Part shown: in pieces, positions 50,034-60,690 of the stretch
How the letters are laid out: each line of letters begins with the position of its first letter
Position numbering within the stretch: position 1 is the stretch's first letter
Assembly (NCBI GenBank): GCA_049599475.1
Contig: JBMYOQ010000011.1
Location: 1-64,000, forward strand
Origin: Opitutales bacterium
GTDB lineage: Bacteria; Verrucomicrobiota; Verrucomicrobiia; Opitutales; JABSRG01
Length of the DNA: 64,000 bases
Reading direction: 5' to 3'
Notes under the pieces: model-generated
What the model was told of the DNA's origin: nothing
Seen by the model: only the letters and a program-made list of their open reading frames with translations
Databases searched by the model: none
Made by a program: the position numbers and the translations under genes

Positions 50034-50933
50034 ATGTCTGATCAAATACCGGATCCCAAGACCTCTAAGCGCAAACCGAACTGGTTGAGAGCCAAGCTCC
50101 CGACAAGTCCTGCCTACCACGGCGTGCGCGAGATGGTGGAGTCGAACAAGCTGCATACGGTCTGCCAATCAGCGCAGTGCCCGAATATGGGAGAATGCTG
50201 GTCGCGCGGCACCGCGACGCTGATGATCTTGGGTAATATTTGCACCCGTGCCTGCTCGTTTTGCGCGATTCAGACGGGCCGTCCGACTGAGCTTGATTTG
50301 GGCGAACCGGCACGCGTCGCGCAGGCGGTAAAGAAAATGAATTTGAAGCACTGCGTGATTACATCCGTCGCGCGTGATGACTTGAAAGACGGTGGAGCTG
50401 CGGTTTGGGCCGCAACCATTCGTGCAATCAAGAATGTAAATCCTGGAACCGCCGTTGAGGTGCTCACCGCCGATTTCCGTGGGGTTTCCGAGCACGTCGA
50501 TATCGTCCTCGACGCAAAACCAGATATTTTCAATCACAACTTGGAGACGGTAGAGCGCCTCCAACGACCCATTCGCAAGACTGCTCGTTATGATCGGTCG
50601 CTATGGATCCTCAAGTACGCCAGTGATAAAGGATTCACAACCAAGTCGGGGATCATGCTTGGTATTGGGGAGAAAGAAGACGAAATCCGCACAGTGATGC
50701 AGGATATTCGCAACGCGGGTGTCTCGATTTTGACGATTGGGCAGTATCTCCAGCCTACTGAAAAGCACTCTGCGATCGACCGTTGGGTGACTCCAGAAGA
50801 GTTCGATAAGTGGAAACAAGTAGGCCTCGAAATGGGCTTCGGCTTTGTTGAGTCTGGTCCTATGGTTCGTTCTTCGTACCACGCAGAAGAGCAGTCTGCG
50901 CATTACACGCAAGACGCTCTAGCGAAGGCCTAA
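50034..50933 (+). CDS. lipA: Lipoyl synthase
   Basis: CQSAQCPNMGEC, CTRACSFC, RSSYHA. Confidence 0.96.
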   Translation: MSDQIPDPKTSKRKPNWLRAKLPTSPAYHGVREMVESNKLHTVCQSAQCPNMGECWSRGTATLMILGNICTRACSFCAIQTGRPTELDLGEPARVAQAVKKMNLKHCVITSVARDDLKDGGAAVWAATIRAIKNVNPGTAVEVLTADFRGVSEHVDIVLDAKPDIFNHNLETVERLQRPIRKTARYDRSLWILKYASDKGFTTKSGIMLGIGEKEDEIRTVMQDIRNAGVSILTIGQYLQPTEKHSAIDRWVTPEEFDKWKQVGLEMGFGFVESGPMVRSSYHAEEQSAHYTQDALAKA

Positions 50934-51092
50934 GACCCAGGTTGCTACCTGCTTAGAAAAATAGGGGTAGCCGCCGATCACCGAGCGGTGGAAGACAGGA
51001 GTTCCGCCCAGCTGTTACGCAGCATTCAGCCGCTCGGCGTCTTAATTCTGATTTCTCTGAAAAGACGGCGCTTATCCAGCGTATGATCCTGT

Positions 51093-51806
51093 ATGGATTA
51101 CCAAAGCCGTTTGAAGATCACTGAAATGGCCGTGCACGAGCGGCCGCGCGAACGTTTATCAACTCATGGGGCGCGTGCGTTGAGCGACTCAGAACTCCTG
51201 GCGCTTATCCTGCGAAGTGGAAGCCAGAATATCGATGTGATGGGACTGGCTCAGCAAATGATGGCCAGTGCGGGCTCCTTATCCGCGATCCAGCAGATGA
51301 GTGAAGATGAATTCTGTGCCTTCGAGGGTATTGGCCAGGTCAAGGCAGGGCAGTTTGTAGCAATTTTCGAAATGGCCCGTCGTTTTGCTGCGGAGCAATC
51401 TAATGAGCTCAAAGTAATCGACGCGCCCGAGGAGGCGTATCGCTATCTTAGAGGCATCACGGTGGGGCTTGATGTGGAAAAATTTTATGTGCTGTGCCTG
51501 AACCGCAAAAATCGTCTGATCAAACATGTCGAAATCAGCTCGGGGACGGCGACGTCGAGTCTGGTCCATCCTCGAGAAGTCTTTAGGGAAGTTATACGTT
51601 GTGGAGCGGCAGGGGTCTTGTGCGCGCATAATCATCCTAGCGGAGACCCTATGCCCAGCCGTGCAGATATTCAGATTACCCGGCGCCTGAAGGAGGCTGC
51701 CAAGATTCTAGATATTCATCTGCTCGACCACATCATCGTGGGAGAACTCAGGCATGATCCGCAAGGAATAGGATTCTACAGCTTTTCTGATAACGGCCTC
51801 ATATAG
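51093..51806 (+). CDS. radC: RadC/UPF0758 JAB-domain protein
   Basis: RPRERL, LSDSELLALIL, GIGQVKA, VHPREVF, AHNHPSGDP.PS.AD, LLDHII. Confidence 0.93.
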   Translation: MDYQSRLKITEMAVHERPRERLSTHGARALSDSELLALILRSGSQNIDVMGLAQQMMASAGSLSAIQQMSEDEFCAFEGIGQVKAGQFVAIFEMARRFAAEQSNELKVIDAPEEAYRYLRGITVGLDVEKFYVLCLNRKNRLIKHVEISSGTATSSLVHPREVFREVIRCGAAGVLCAHNHPSGDPMPSRADIQITRRLKEAAKILDIHLLDHIIVGELRHDPQGIGFYSFSDNGLI

Positions 51807-51871
51807 TACTGCTTTCGAATTAGATATCTTCCGTCTTTTGCAAAAACGCCGTAGCGGACTAGGGTAGTTCT

Positions 51872-53296
51872 ATGAAACGCGCTATAGTTTGGTTTCGGCA
51901 AGATCTTCGTATTCAGGATAATACAGCATTGGCACATGCCGTAGAGCAGGGCTATGAGCTATTACCTCTGTATATCTGGGATCCGGAGTCTGAGGGGGCT
52001 TGGGTTCCTGGAGGCGCGGGACAATGGTGGCTGCACCATGCCTTAAAATCTCTGGATGAGTCCTTTAGGGTCATTGGGGGAGAGCTCTTAATAAAATCTG
52101 GTCTGAGTGGCGCGGTGCTTGAGGAGCTAGCAGAAAGTTTCCAGGCCGACGCAGTATTTTGGAATCGCCGCTACGAACCCGAAATCATACGGCGTGATAG
52201 TGCCATTAAGGCGGATTTGGCAGAGGTCGGCCTGACGGTAGAGTCTTTTAACACATCGCTGATCTGGGAGCCGCATACCGTAGCGACCGGCCAGGGGAGA
52301 GCTTACCAAGTCTATACGCCTTATTGGAAGCAAGTGAGTAAGCGGAAAATTCCCGATCCTATCCGCGTCGATGAGGGGAAGCTGAAATTTATCACATTTG
52401 AAGAGGTTCAACAGGAGTCTCTCGATTCACTCGGTCTCTTGCCCGATATTCCATGGGATAGCGGGATGCGAGAAACTTGGGAGGTGTCGGAGGCTGCAGC
52501 AGTTGAGCTCTTAGATACGTTTTCAAAATCGGCCTTGGACGTGTATCATGATGATCGTGACATTCCTTCGACTGTGGGGACTTCGCGCCTGTCTCCCTAT
52601 CTTCATTTTGGTCAAATTGGGCCGCGCCAGATTTGGAAGGTGATTAGTGAGCAGATGGCTGATCGAGGCTTAAGTAATGAGACCTACCTTAAGGAAATCG
52701 CTTGGAGAGAATATGCTCACCATGTGATGTATCATTTTCCTAGTACACCCGAGAAACCACTGCGCGAGAAGTTTGAGGCTTTTCCGTGGTCGGATAATGA
52801 AGAGCACCTGGTAGCTTGGCAGAAAGGGCAAACGGGCTATCCCATTGTTGATGCAGGTATGCGAGAGCTCTGGCATACGGGTTGGATGCATAATCGGGTG
52901 CGCATGGTGGTGGCTTCCTTCCTGGTGAAGCATTTGTTGATTTCTTGGTATGAAGGCGCGCGTTGGTTTTGGGACACGCTTGTAGATGCGGACTTGGCGA
53001 GCAATACGCTGGGTTGGCAGTGGGCTGGGGGATGTGGCGCAGATGCCGCGCCGTATTTTCGTATTTTCAATCCGATGACACAGGGGACCAAATTTGATCC
53101 AGAAGGGGAATATGTGCGGAGATGGTGTCCAGAATTATCCAAACTCCCCAAGAAGTTTATCCATGAGCCTTGGAAGGCCCCTGCCAATATTCTCGAGTAC
53201 GCTGGGGTAAGTCTTGGTGAAAATTATCCGTTACCTATTGTGGATCACCCAGAGGCAAGGAAGCGTGCACTCGACGCTCTAGAAACAACGAAATGA
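51872..53296 (+). CDS. phrB: Deoxyribodipyrimidine photolyase/cryptochrome family
   Basis: WFRQDLR, TSRLSPYLHFG, GQTGYPIVDAGMRELW.TG.MHNRVRM, DADLASN, RIFNP. Confidence 0.93.
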   Translation: MKRAIVWFRQDLRIQDNTALAHAVEQGYELLPLYIWDPESEGAWVPGGAGQWWLHHALKSLDESFRVIGGELLIKSGLSGAVLEELAESFQADAVFWNRRYEPEIIRRDSAIKADLAEVGLTVESFNTSLIWEPHTVATGQGRAYQVYTPYWKQVSKRKIPDPIRVDEGKLKFITFEEVQQESLDSLGLLPDIPWDSGMRETWEVSEAAAVELLDTFSKSALDVYHDDRDIPSTVGTSRLSPYLHFGQIGPRQIWKVISEQMADRGLSNETYLKEIAWREYAHHVMYHFPSTPEKPLREKFEAFPWSDNEEHLVAWQKGQTGYPIVDAGMRELWHTGWMHNRVRMVVASFLVKHLLISWYEGARWFWDTLVDADLASNTLGWQWAGGCGADAAPYFRIFNPMTQGTKFDPEGEYVRRWCPELSKLPKKFIHEPWKAPANILEYAGVSLGENYPLPIVDHPEARKRALDALETTK

Positions 53297-54666
53297 TAAA
53301 CTTCGAAGCTCAATCTGAATTTCCTGTATCGGTTGAAACGCTCTTTGATTGGCATGAGCGCCCTGGGGCCTTTGCGCGCTTGGCGCCGCCATGGCAGACG
53401 GTGAGACTTGTGAAGCATGAAGGAGGGATTCGTGATGGAGCGCGAGTTGAAGTAGAAACGCGTGTTGCAGGGGTGCCTCAGTCGTGGAAGATTCGCCATG
53501 AAGGCTTCGATTATGGGAAGCGGTTTGTGGATGTGCTCGATTCGGGCCCTTTTCGAGCGTGGCGTCATGAGCATCTATTTTCTCATTTAGCGGAAACTCG
53601 TTCATCGCTCGAAGATCGGCTGAAGATAGAGCCGATGGGCGGAGGCTTCGGAAATTGGTTGCAAGCTGGTTTCTTGCGCGGCGAGCTTAAGCAGGTTTTC
53701 AAATACAGACATAGTGTTCTGAAGGCTGATCTTGAGCGTGCGAAAGCGATGGGAGATCCCGCGTATTCAGGCAAGGTTTTAGTCACCGGGGTCACTGGAT
53801 TGCTGGGTAAGGCGGTTGCCGGCTATTTGCAGACACGCGGCTATCAGGTCGTCGGAGTGTCGCGTTCTGGACGTTCTCCCTGGCCTGGTATCGAGACCAT
53901 TGCTTGGGATCCCGACAATCAGTTGATTGACTCGGGGGCTCTTGATGATGTGGACGTCGTCATCAATCTGGCCGGAGAGTCTATTTTGGGCGCGTGGTCT
54001 CAATCCAAAATGAAGCGAGTTCGAAGTAGCCGTGAGAAATCAGCGAGCACTTTAATACATGCATTTGAAAGTAATGGTCATTGGCCGAAGCTCTGGATCA
54101 ACGCTTCGGGTACCGGGTATTATGGGCCGAAGCCATCGGGTGCTGTGAGCGAGCAGAGCGAGAGTGGCACCGGTTTTCTTGCGCATGTATGTCGCTCTTG
54201 GGAAGGGATTCTTGACCCTATAAGAAAACGGACACGCGTAGTGAGTGCACGCTTAGGTGCGGTGATGAGCCCTGGGGGTGGTGCCCTGAGTATTATGCTC
54301 CCTGTTTTTAAAATGGGAGGTGGTGGTGTATTGGGAAATCCTGACGCAAAGATGCCTTGGATCGCTTTGGATGACGTGGTGTATGCGATGGAGTCTCTTT
54401 TTTATAAGGATGTCGAGGGTCCGGTGAATTTTGTGTCACCCCATAAAATTACCCAGAGAGATCTAGCGAAGGTACTCAGCAAGGTTTTGAGGCGCCCGTC
54501 TTTAATTCCGGCCCCAGAGTCTTTGATCAAGATGACTCTGGGTTCGCTCGGAAAAGAAGTGTTCTTAATTGATCAAGATGTGGATCCAGAGATTCTACAG
54601 ACATCAGGCTTTGAATACTCTCATTCGAGCTTTGAAAGAATGCTAAAGCATAGCTTGGGAATTTAG
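53293..54666 (+). CDS. SRPBCC-like domain fused to TIGR01777-family epimerase/oxidoreductase
   Basis: WHERPGAF.RL.PPW...GPF..W.HEH; then VTGVTGLLG, VINLAGE, NASGTGYYG, GFLAHVC..WE, PWIALDD; overlaps the phrB stop. Confidence 0.88.
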   Translation: MINFEAQSEFPVSVETLFDWHERPGAFARLAPPWQTVRLVKHEGGIRDGARVEVETRVAGVPQSWKIRHEGFDYGKRFVDVLDSGPFRAWRHEHLFSHLAETRSSLEDRLKIEPMGGGFGNWLQAGFLRGELKQVFKYRHSVLKADLERAKAMGDPAYSGKVLVTGVTGLLGKAVAGYLQTRGYQVVGVSRSGRSPWPGIETIAWDPDNQLIDSGALDDVDVVINLAGESILGAWSQSKMKRVRSSREKSASTLIHAFESNGHWPKLWINASGTGYYGPKPSGAVSEQSESGTGFLAHVCRSWEGILDPIRKRTRVVSARLGAVMSPGGGALSIMLPVFKMGGGGVLGNPDAKMPWIALDDVVYAMESLFYKDVEGPVNFVSPHKITQRDLAKVLSKVLRRPSLIPAPESLIKMTLGSLGKEVFLIDQDVDPEILQTSGFEYSHSSFERMLKHSLGI

Positions 54667-54762
54667 AGGGTGCACCACAAGACCTTGAGTGGGGACGGGG
54701 CGCATTCGAATTATGAACGAAAATTCATCGAACTTTTTGAGCGACTTGCCGTTCTTTGAGGT

Positions 54763-56301
54763 ATGTCAAATTACCCCTCTTTTTGTAACCCTAGGTTTGT
54801 TTTATATCTCACTTTTATAAATATCGCAGTAGCTGATAATGTCTTATTGATAATCGCGGATGATCTCGGACGCGATTCGCTGGGTATCTACAATGATGAA
54901 GCTTCCGCTTCTGTTCCGCCGACGCCCACGATAGATAGCCTCGCGGCAAGTGGCATACAGTTTAACCGTGCCTACGCGTATCCCACCTGTTCTCCGACGC
55001 GTTCGTCCATACTTACAGGAAGGCATCATTTTCGGACTGGGGTTCATAGCCCTTCAATCAATGAGTTACAGCCGAATGAGTTTACCCTTGCGGAAGCGAT
55101 TTTGGAGTCGGGTCAGATTGGTAATCGCTTAGCGCATTTTGGAAAATGGCATTTAGGTGGGGGAAACGATGGGCCGAATGTAAACGGAGGTTGGCCACAC
55201 TATGCAGGCTCCACCTCGGGAGGAGTTTCGGATTACTACAGCTGGACCAAGGTGGTAAACGGGGTGAGCACGCGAAACTATTCGGTATATGCGACAACGG
55301 ACGTTGTAAACGATGCGATCGCGTGGATCGATGAGCAAGGTGAGGCAGACTGGTTTGCATGGGTCGCGTTTAACGCCCCGCACACGCCCTTTCATAAGCC
55401 GGATAATAGTCTCCATGATTATGACCATCTTGATGGTAGCGATTCGGATATTTCAAATAATTCACGTCCGTATTACGAAGCAATGATCCAGGCGATGGAT
55501 ACCGAAATCGGTAGACTGCTGGCTCACGTGGACCTCGCTGAAACTACCGTCATCTTTATGGGCGACAACGGGACTCCCGGGAGAGTTGCGCAAGCTCCGT
55601 TCGGTAGAGGCCACACCAAAGGCTCTCTCTACGAAGGAGGTGTGAATGTGCCGTTTATTGTAGCTGGTGCCGGTGTCGATAGTGGGTTAGCTGGCATCGT
55701 GAGTGAGGAGCTCGTGCACTCGGTCGACTTGTATCTTACTATTTTAGATCTACTGGGAATAGATCTCTCGGGATTGTTACCGAATGGATTGGTCTATGAC
55801 TCATTGTCCTTTTTTCCCTACCTGAACGGAAGCGCCGATGCGCATGTGCGCGATTATACGTATTCAGGAAGTTATGACTCCGGAGAAGGCGAAAGGAACC
55901 TTATGCTCGTCAATGATGCGTATAAATGGATACAGTTTGCGGACGGAACAGAAGAGTTATACGCGCTCAGTGACGGGCTTTCCGAGACAAATAATCGAAT
56001 AAACGGACTGGACTCGGAAGAAATGGCAAGTCTGGCTAAATTCGAAATTGAGCGCGATGTATTGGTAAATTTACCTCAAATTGTTGGAACGTTCCTGAGT
56101 CAAGATGGAGCATTTACGATTGAAACGGGGTGGTTCGCGGATGCCAACTTATCCGTAGAACATTGCTCCGATCTCCTGACCGGAGATTGGTCACTAGTAG
56201 ACTCGGTGAGCGTGATTGATATCGGTGAGGCTACCGTCGAACTCGTTTTCGACATCGATTCAGAATCACAGCAGTTTTTCCGAGTCGGTCATACTCCGTA
56301 G
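54763..56301 (+). CDS. Sulfatase (Cys-type) with extra C-terminal domain
   Basis: LLIIADDLG, CSPTRSSILTG, GKWHLG, GDNGT, KGSLYEGG. Confidence 0.9.
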   Translation: MSNYPSFCNPRFVLYLTFINIAVADNVLLIIADDLGRDSLGIYNDEASASVPPTPTIDSLAASGIQFNRAYAYPTCSPTRSSILTGRHHFRTGVHSPSINELQPNEFTLAEAILESGQIGNRLAHFGKWHLGGGNDGPNVNGGWPHYAGSTSGGVSDYYSWTKVVNGVSTRNYSVYATTDVVNDAIAWIDEQGEADWFAWVAFNAPHTPFHKPDNSLHDYDHLDGSDSDISNNSRPYYEAMIQAMDTEIGRLLAHVDLAETTVIFMGDNGTPGRVAQAPFGRGHTKGSLYEGGVNVPFIVAGAGVDSGLAGIVSEELVHSVDLYLTILDLLGIDLSGLLPNGLVYDSLSFFPYLNGSADAHVRDYTYSGSYDSGEGERNLMLVNDAYKWIQFADGTEELYALSDGLSETNNRINGLDSEEMASLAKFEIERDVLVNLPQIVGTFLSQDGAFTIETGWFADANLSVEHCSDLLTGDWSLVDSVSVIDIGEATVELVFDIDSESQQFFRVGHTP

Positions 56302-56360
56302 TCGAATACCAATTTATTTCAAAATTATATTCTTTCTCAAAAGTAATTTTGTAAGCGAAG

Positions 56361-56434
56361 GGTAGGGTGAGCCGTCTCGGCGAGCCGATCGAGGGCCCAA
56401 TAAAGGCTTAAATGGTAAGGTTTACCCTACCCTT
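56361..56434. repeat. GTAG-type REP-like element with a degenerate inverted partner
   Basis: GGTAGGGTGAGCCGTCTCGGCGAGCCG (56361-56387) and TTACCCTACCC at ~56422-56432. Confidence 0.5.
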
Positions 56435-56463
56435 GAATGCGATCAAAACTAATGGAGAGCGCT

Positions 56464-57891
56464 TTATTTCTTCTGCTTAGGTGCCGTCCATCCGGGTTTC
56501 ATCTCTTCGAATGTCGCGAAGTGCTGAATATAATCCGGGCTGACTGACCAACGCTTGTCTTTGGGTTGGGGCGTACGGATGCGTTCGCCTTCTGGATAGT
56601 CTTTCCCTGCTTCGCTTTCCTCAACGCTAGCCATAATCCCCTGAAGCTCAGCTTTCATACGTTCCATAAGCTCAGGGAATTGTGTTGAAATATCACTGTG
56701 TTCGCCGGGGTCTGCATCTACGTCGAAGAGTTCCCATTTTGGGTTGTTTCGTTTCTTGGATAGGTTGCGCAGTTTGAAATTCTCGGTGATCAACACTTTA
56801 CCCTTTTCTAAGAAAGCAATCCCTTTTTCTCGGCTAGGAGTATTGCCGAAGAAAATATCCTTGATGCTTTCGCCATCTACCACGCTGAGCATGGAGTCCT
56901 GTGGCAGCTCCAGGAGGTCTACAAATGTGGGCATGATATCCATCGTCGACGCAGGAAAATTCGTGATGGTAGGTTTTATCGTGCCGGGCCACTCGATGAT
57001 GCCGGGTACACGGATTCCCCCCTCGGTGAGAGCGCCTTTGTTTCCTGTTAATTTGCCTCCAGAATGTGGGTCGTCCTTCAGGCCGCCATTGTCACTACAG
57101 AACCATACAATGGTGTTTTCGGCGATGCCCATATCGCGGAGACCTTGTCGCAAAGTGCCTACACTGCGGTCCATAGCGGCAATTTCTGCAAGATGATACG
57201 CATGTTTATCGTCGAACCCTAAAGCTTTGTAAGGAGCTACATCTTCTTCAGAAGTCCTAAAGGGAAAGTGCGGAGAGCCATACCAGATGACGGCCAAGAA
57301 CGGATTGTCCTTTTCCCTTTCGATGAATTTCAGTGCATCATCGACAATGATATCAGAGGAGTCGCCCTCGATATATACGAATTCGCCATTGCGGCTCATC
57401 AGGGGATCCATGTCGAAAAAATTGGTGGTCGAGAGCCAATAATCGAAACCGTAAGCACCTGGATGATGTAAGGAGTCCTCTAATACAGGCATGCCGTTGC
57501 CCTTGACTCCACCCAAGTGCCACTTGCCAAAATGGGCGGTGGTGTATCCTGCTTTTTGTAGGGCTTGCGGTAGGGTCTTCTCCTGGAGAGATAGGGTTCC
57601 ACTAATGGCGGGGGCTCCGGTGCGGCGCGGGAGACGCCCCGTCATGACAGATGCACGCGTCGGGGTGCAGGTCGCTGCTGCGGCGTAAAAGCGATCAAAG
57701 CGGATACCGTTTTTCGCCATGGCATCCAAGTTGGGGGTTTTTAGGTGCGGGTGGCCGTTGTAGCCTGTCTGCCCCCAGCCTTGGTCGTCGGTCATCACCA
57801 AGATAATGTTGGGGCGTTCTGTATTTGCGCTGAGAACGGATGCGCACATACAGATTATAGAGATTAGTATGGGGAGTCGTATACGTTTCAT
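56464..57891 (-). CDS. Sulfatase (Cys-type), secreted
   Basis: PNIILVMTDDQG, CTPTRASVMTG, GKWHLG, SDNGG; signal peptide. Confidence 0.92.
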   Translation of the reverse strand: MKRIRLPILISIICMCASVLSANTERPNIILVMTDDQGWGQTGYNGHPHLKTPNLDAMAKNGIRFDRFYAAAATCTPTRASVMTGRLPRRTGAPAISGTLSLQEKTLPQALQKAGYTTAHFGKWHLGGVKGNGMPVLEDSLHHPGAYGFDYWLSTTNFFDMDPLMSRNGEFVYIEGDSSDIIVDDALKFIEREKDNPFLAVIWYGSPHFPFRTSEEDVAPYKALGFDDKHAYHLAEIAAMDRSVGTLRQGLRDMGIAENTIVWFCSDNGGLKDDPHSGGKLTGNKGALTEGGIRVPGIIEWPGTIKPTITNFPASTMDIMPTFVDLLELPQDSMLSVVDGESIKDIFFGNTPSREKGIAFLEKGKVLITENFKLRNLSKKRNNPKWELFDVDADPGEHSDISTQFPELMERMKAELQGIMASVEESEAGKDYPEGERIRTPQPKDKRWSVSPDYIQHFATFEEMKPGWTAPKQKK

Positions 57892-59306
57892 GAATTGGGT
57901 GATTTTTTCTTGGATCGTACCAAGCTCTTCTCTGTTTCGATTGGGTCGCTGTCTCCGAGTTCGTCGAGTTTTTCCATGAGGTGAGTCTTCATGGCTTCAA
58001 TGACAGAGGCGTATTCTGGATTTCCTATTTGATTATTTAATTCATAGGGATCTCGGCTGAGATCATAGAATTCAAATTCGGGCCTGTTGTGTAGTTTATG
58101 AACCAAGGGAGTGAGCTGAGGGTCGCTTTGGGACTTCGCTACCCAAGAGGCGCCAATATTCTCGAGATCCGGTTTAGATCCAGCCAATGCTTTAAGGGCA
58201 GGCATTAAAGTAAGGTTGGCTGTCTGGTTTGTATGATTGGGGTTGTATATGAGTGAATAGTCTCGGTTACGAATTACTCTAATTGGAAAGACACGCTCGC
58301 GGTTTTGTATGATGTTGCAGTTTGTGAAGGCTCCGTAGACGTATTCATTTATCTGTGACGTGTTTCCTTTGAGTGTTTTTAGGAAACTCGAGCCGTCGAA
58401 ATCGTTATTCTCGAAAGATCCTCCTGCCGCATGTACGAGGGTCGGGGCGACATCGGCGATAGAGAGTAGGGCATCGGACGAACTCTTTGGTGCGATAACT
58501 CCAGGCCAATGGATGACCATTCCTGATCGCAGGCCATTATCGTAGCATGTCCACTTGGCAAACGGAAGTTGAGTGCCTTGCTCACTGCAGACAATGAATA
58601 GGGTGTTTTCCCAGAGGCCCCTGTTCTCCAACTCATTGCGCACGGATCCGACCAACTTGTCGAAATTGGAGATTTCGGCGTAGTACTTTACTAGGGTTTC
58701 TCTGAGAGCTGGGGTGTCTATCCAATAAGGTGGGATAGTCAGGTTCTCGGCTTTGTATTGGTCTGTGTTGCCGGTGGTAAAGGGCGCATGTGAGTCATTG
58801 GAGGCAATGAAAATGCAAAAGGGCGCATTCTTTTCCACTGATTGATCTATCACCTTTCTGGCTGCTTTTAGATAATCCTCATTGCTGTCTCTCTTCTTAT
58901 TCCCGGTATTGATGTATTGGAATGGGTATGCGCTTTGAGGGCCTACATGTGATTTACCAATGAGAGCCACTTGGTAACCTAGCGGCTTTAAATAATGAGG
59001 AAGGCTCCGGGTGCCCTCTGTTGATTTTGAATGATTGGCTAGAGTGCCTGTCCGCCAAGGTGTACGACCACTATAAAGCTCTTGGCGAAAGGGTGCACAC
59101 ATGGCGACGGAGGCATACATACTCTGTAGAGTCATGCCCTCTTGGGCCAATTGATCGATATGAGGTGTTTTACAGTCGACACTCCCGTAGACTCCCCAGG
59201 TATCTCGACTCATATCGTCGGCCAAAAGAAAGACTATATTGGGGCGATCCTGCGCGAGGCAAACCATACCGCTCGCGCAGGAGAGAAGAATCAGGAGGAA
59301 TCTCAT
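57888..59306 (-). CDS. Sulfatase-family protein (sulfamidase-like), secreted
   Basis: PNIVFLLADD, CAPFR, GKSHVG, HAPF, SEQG, YD...DPYEL.N; overlaps the next gene by 4 nt. Confidence 0.88.
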   Translation of the reverse strand: MRFLLILLSCASGMVCLAQDRPNIVFLLADDMSRDTWGVYGSVDCKTPHIDQLAQEGMTLQSMYASVAMCAPFRQELYSGRTPWRTGTLANHSKSTEGTRSLPHYLKPLGYQVALIGKSHVGPQSAYPFQYINTGNKKRDSNEDYLKAARKVIDQSVEKNAPFCIFIASNDSHAPFTTGNTDQYKAENLTIPPYWIDTPALRETLVKYYAEISNFDKLVGSVRNELENRGLWENTLFIVCSEQGTQLPFAKWTCYDNGLRSGMVIHWPGVIAPKSSSDALLSIADVAPTLVHAAGGSFENNDFDGSSFLKTLKGNTSQINEYVYGAFTNCNIIQNRERVFPIRVIRNRDYSLIYNPNHTNQTANLTLMPALKALAGSKPDLENIGASWVAKSQSDPQLTPLVHKLHNRPEFEFYDLSRDPYELNNQIGNPEYASVIEAMKTHLMEKLDELGDSDPIETEKSLVRSKKKSPNS

Positions 59307-59316
59307 TACAGAGGAA

Positions 59317-60690
59317 CTACTTCTTCTTTTTCTTTTTATTGTTCTTAGCGGCTTTCATTTCCTTCTGGTACTGTTTCACCTTTTCAGCATCCCAGCCGTC
59401 GACCCATTCAGGGGGACGGATATTCGAAGCGAGTTCCAATTGGTAATCCTGAGCCATTTTCTTTAACTCCTGAACAATTTCAGGGTGCTGTGACGAGATG
59501 TCCGTGGTCTCTCCTATATCGTCCTTCAGGTTGAACAAGCTTCCCTCCTCGATCGGGGTTCGGCCTTGCATGCCGCCTTTTCCGTTTCCGCCTGGAGTGA
59601 CTCGTTTTAGGTAGAGCTTCCAGTCTTTGTATCGAATGGTGCTGCCCGTGAAAAAGGTCTCGTGGATGGGTGAAGACACTTCTTCTCCGAGCATGTAGGG
59701 GAGGATGCTCTTGCCGTCGAGGATGCGATCGGTAGGTGCCTTGACTCCCGAAATTTCAGCGAAGGTTGGGAGCATGTCGACGATAGCTGTGATCTCCTCT
59801 GTCTCTGTGCCAGCTTCAATTTTGTCAGGCCAACGCATGACAGTGGGAACCCGCACGCCGCCTTCAAAATGGGTCCATTTGCCACCCTTGAGCGGACCTG
59901 AACTGCCATGACCGTCTACACTGAGTTGAGCGCCGTTGTCTGAAGTAAAAATGAATAGGGTGTTGTCCGCAATGCCTGTTTCCTCGAGCGCTTTCATGAG
60001 CTCGCCGACCTGCCAGTCGATTTCTTGGATCACATCGCCATAGGTTCCATGTTCTGATGATCCTACGAATTTCTCATTGGGAATCCATTTCACGTGCGGC
60101 AGCGGAGAGGCATAATAGAGGAAAAACGGTTTATCGGAATTTGCGTTTCTTTTGATGAATTCCACGCCTTCTTGGGTGAGGTCTGGCGTGTAGATCCCAT
60201 GAGTCTTTGACTGCGCTTTTTCGATGACGACTTCGTTGTTGCGATAGATAGACTTCCCCATGAATCCATAGAAGTAGTCGAAGCCGTGCAGAGTTGGATT
60301 AAATTGCGGCCATTCACCCAAGTGCCACTTTCCAACGATACCCGTCGTATATCCGGCTTCCTTGAGAATTTCGGCAGTAGTGATCTCCTCGGAGTTAATA
60401 CCCTTGTAAGAGTGCGCGTAAACGACAGTTCCGAGGCTCACGCGGCTGGCTTTCGATCCGGTCATGAATGCGGCCCGCGTCGGCGAGCAGCGATTGTGGA
60501 CGTAGAAGCTGGTAAATTTCATCCCCTCAGCGCCCAGGCGGTCAACATTGGGAGTTTTGTAGCCATCTGCGCCCCAGCTGCTTAAGTCTCCATAACCTTG
60601 GTCATCGGTCATGAAGAAAATGATATTGGGCTGGGCTGCGTTTAGGGTAAAGCAAGCTAGCATGGAGGCTAGCCATAGAGGGTATTTCAT
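59317..60690 (-). CDS. Arylsulfatase A-like sulfatase, secreted
   Basis: PNIIFFMTDDQGYGDL, CSPTRAAFMTG, GKWHLG, SDNGA, EGGVRVP. Confidence 0.92.
   Translation of the reverse strand: MKYPLWLASMLACFTLNAAQPNIIFFMTDDQGYGDLSSWGADGYKTPNVDRLGAEGMKFTSFYVHNRCSPTRAAFMTGSKASRVSLGTVVYAHSYKGINSEEITTAEILKEAGYTTGIVGKWHLGEWPQFNPTLHGFDYFYGFMGKSIYRNNEVVIEKAQSKTHGIYTPDLTQEGVEFIKRNANSDKPFFLYYASPLPHVKWIPNEKFVGSSEHGTYGDVIQEIDWQVGELMKALEETGIADNTLFIFTSDNGAQLSVDGHGSSGPLKGGKWTHFEGGVRVPTVMRWPDKIEAGTETEEITAIVDMLPTFAEISGVKAPTDRILDGKSILPYMLGEEVSSPIHETFFTGSTIRYKDWKLYLKRVTPGGNGKGGMQGRTPIEEGSLFNLKDDIGETTDISSQHPEIVQELKKMAQDYQLELASNIRPPEWVDGWDAEKVKQYQKEMKAAKNNKKKKKK

Noticed and set aside
51093..51806. radC as a marker of a mobile element
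   Set aside because: Full-length form with an N-terminal HhH region, among housekeeping genes (lipA, phrB).
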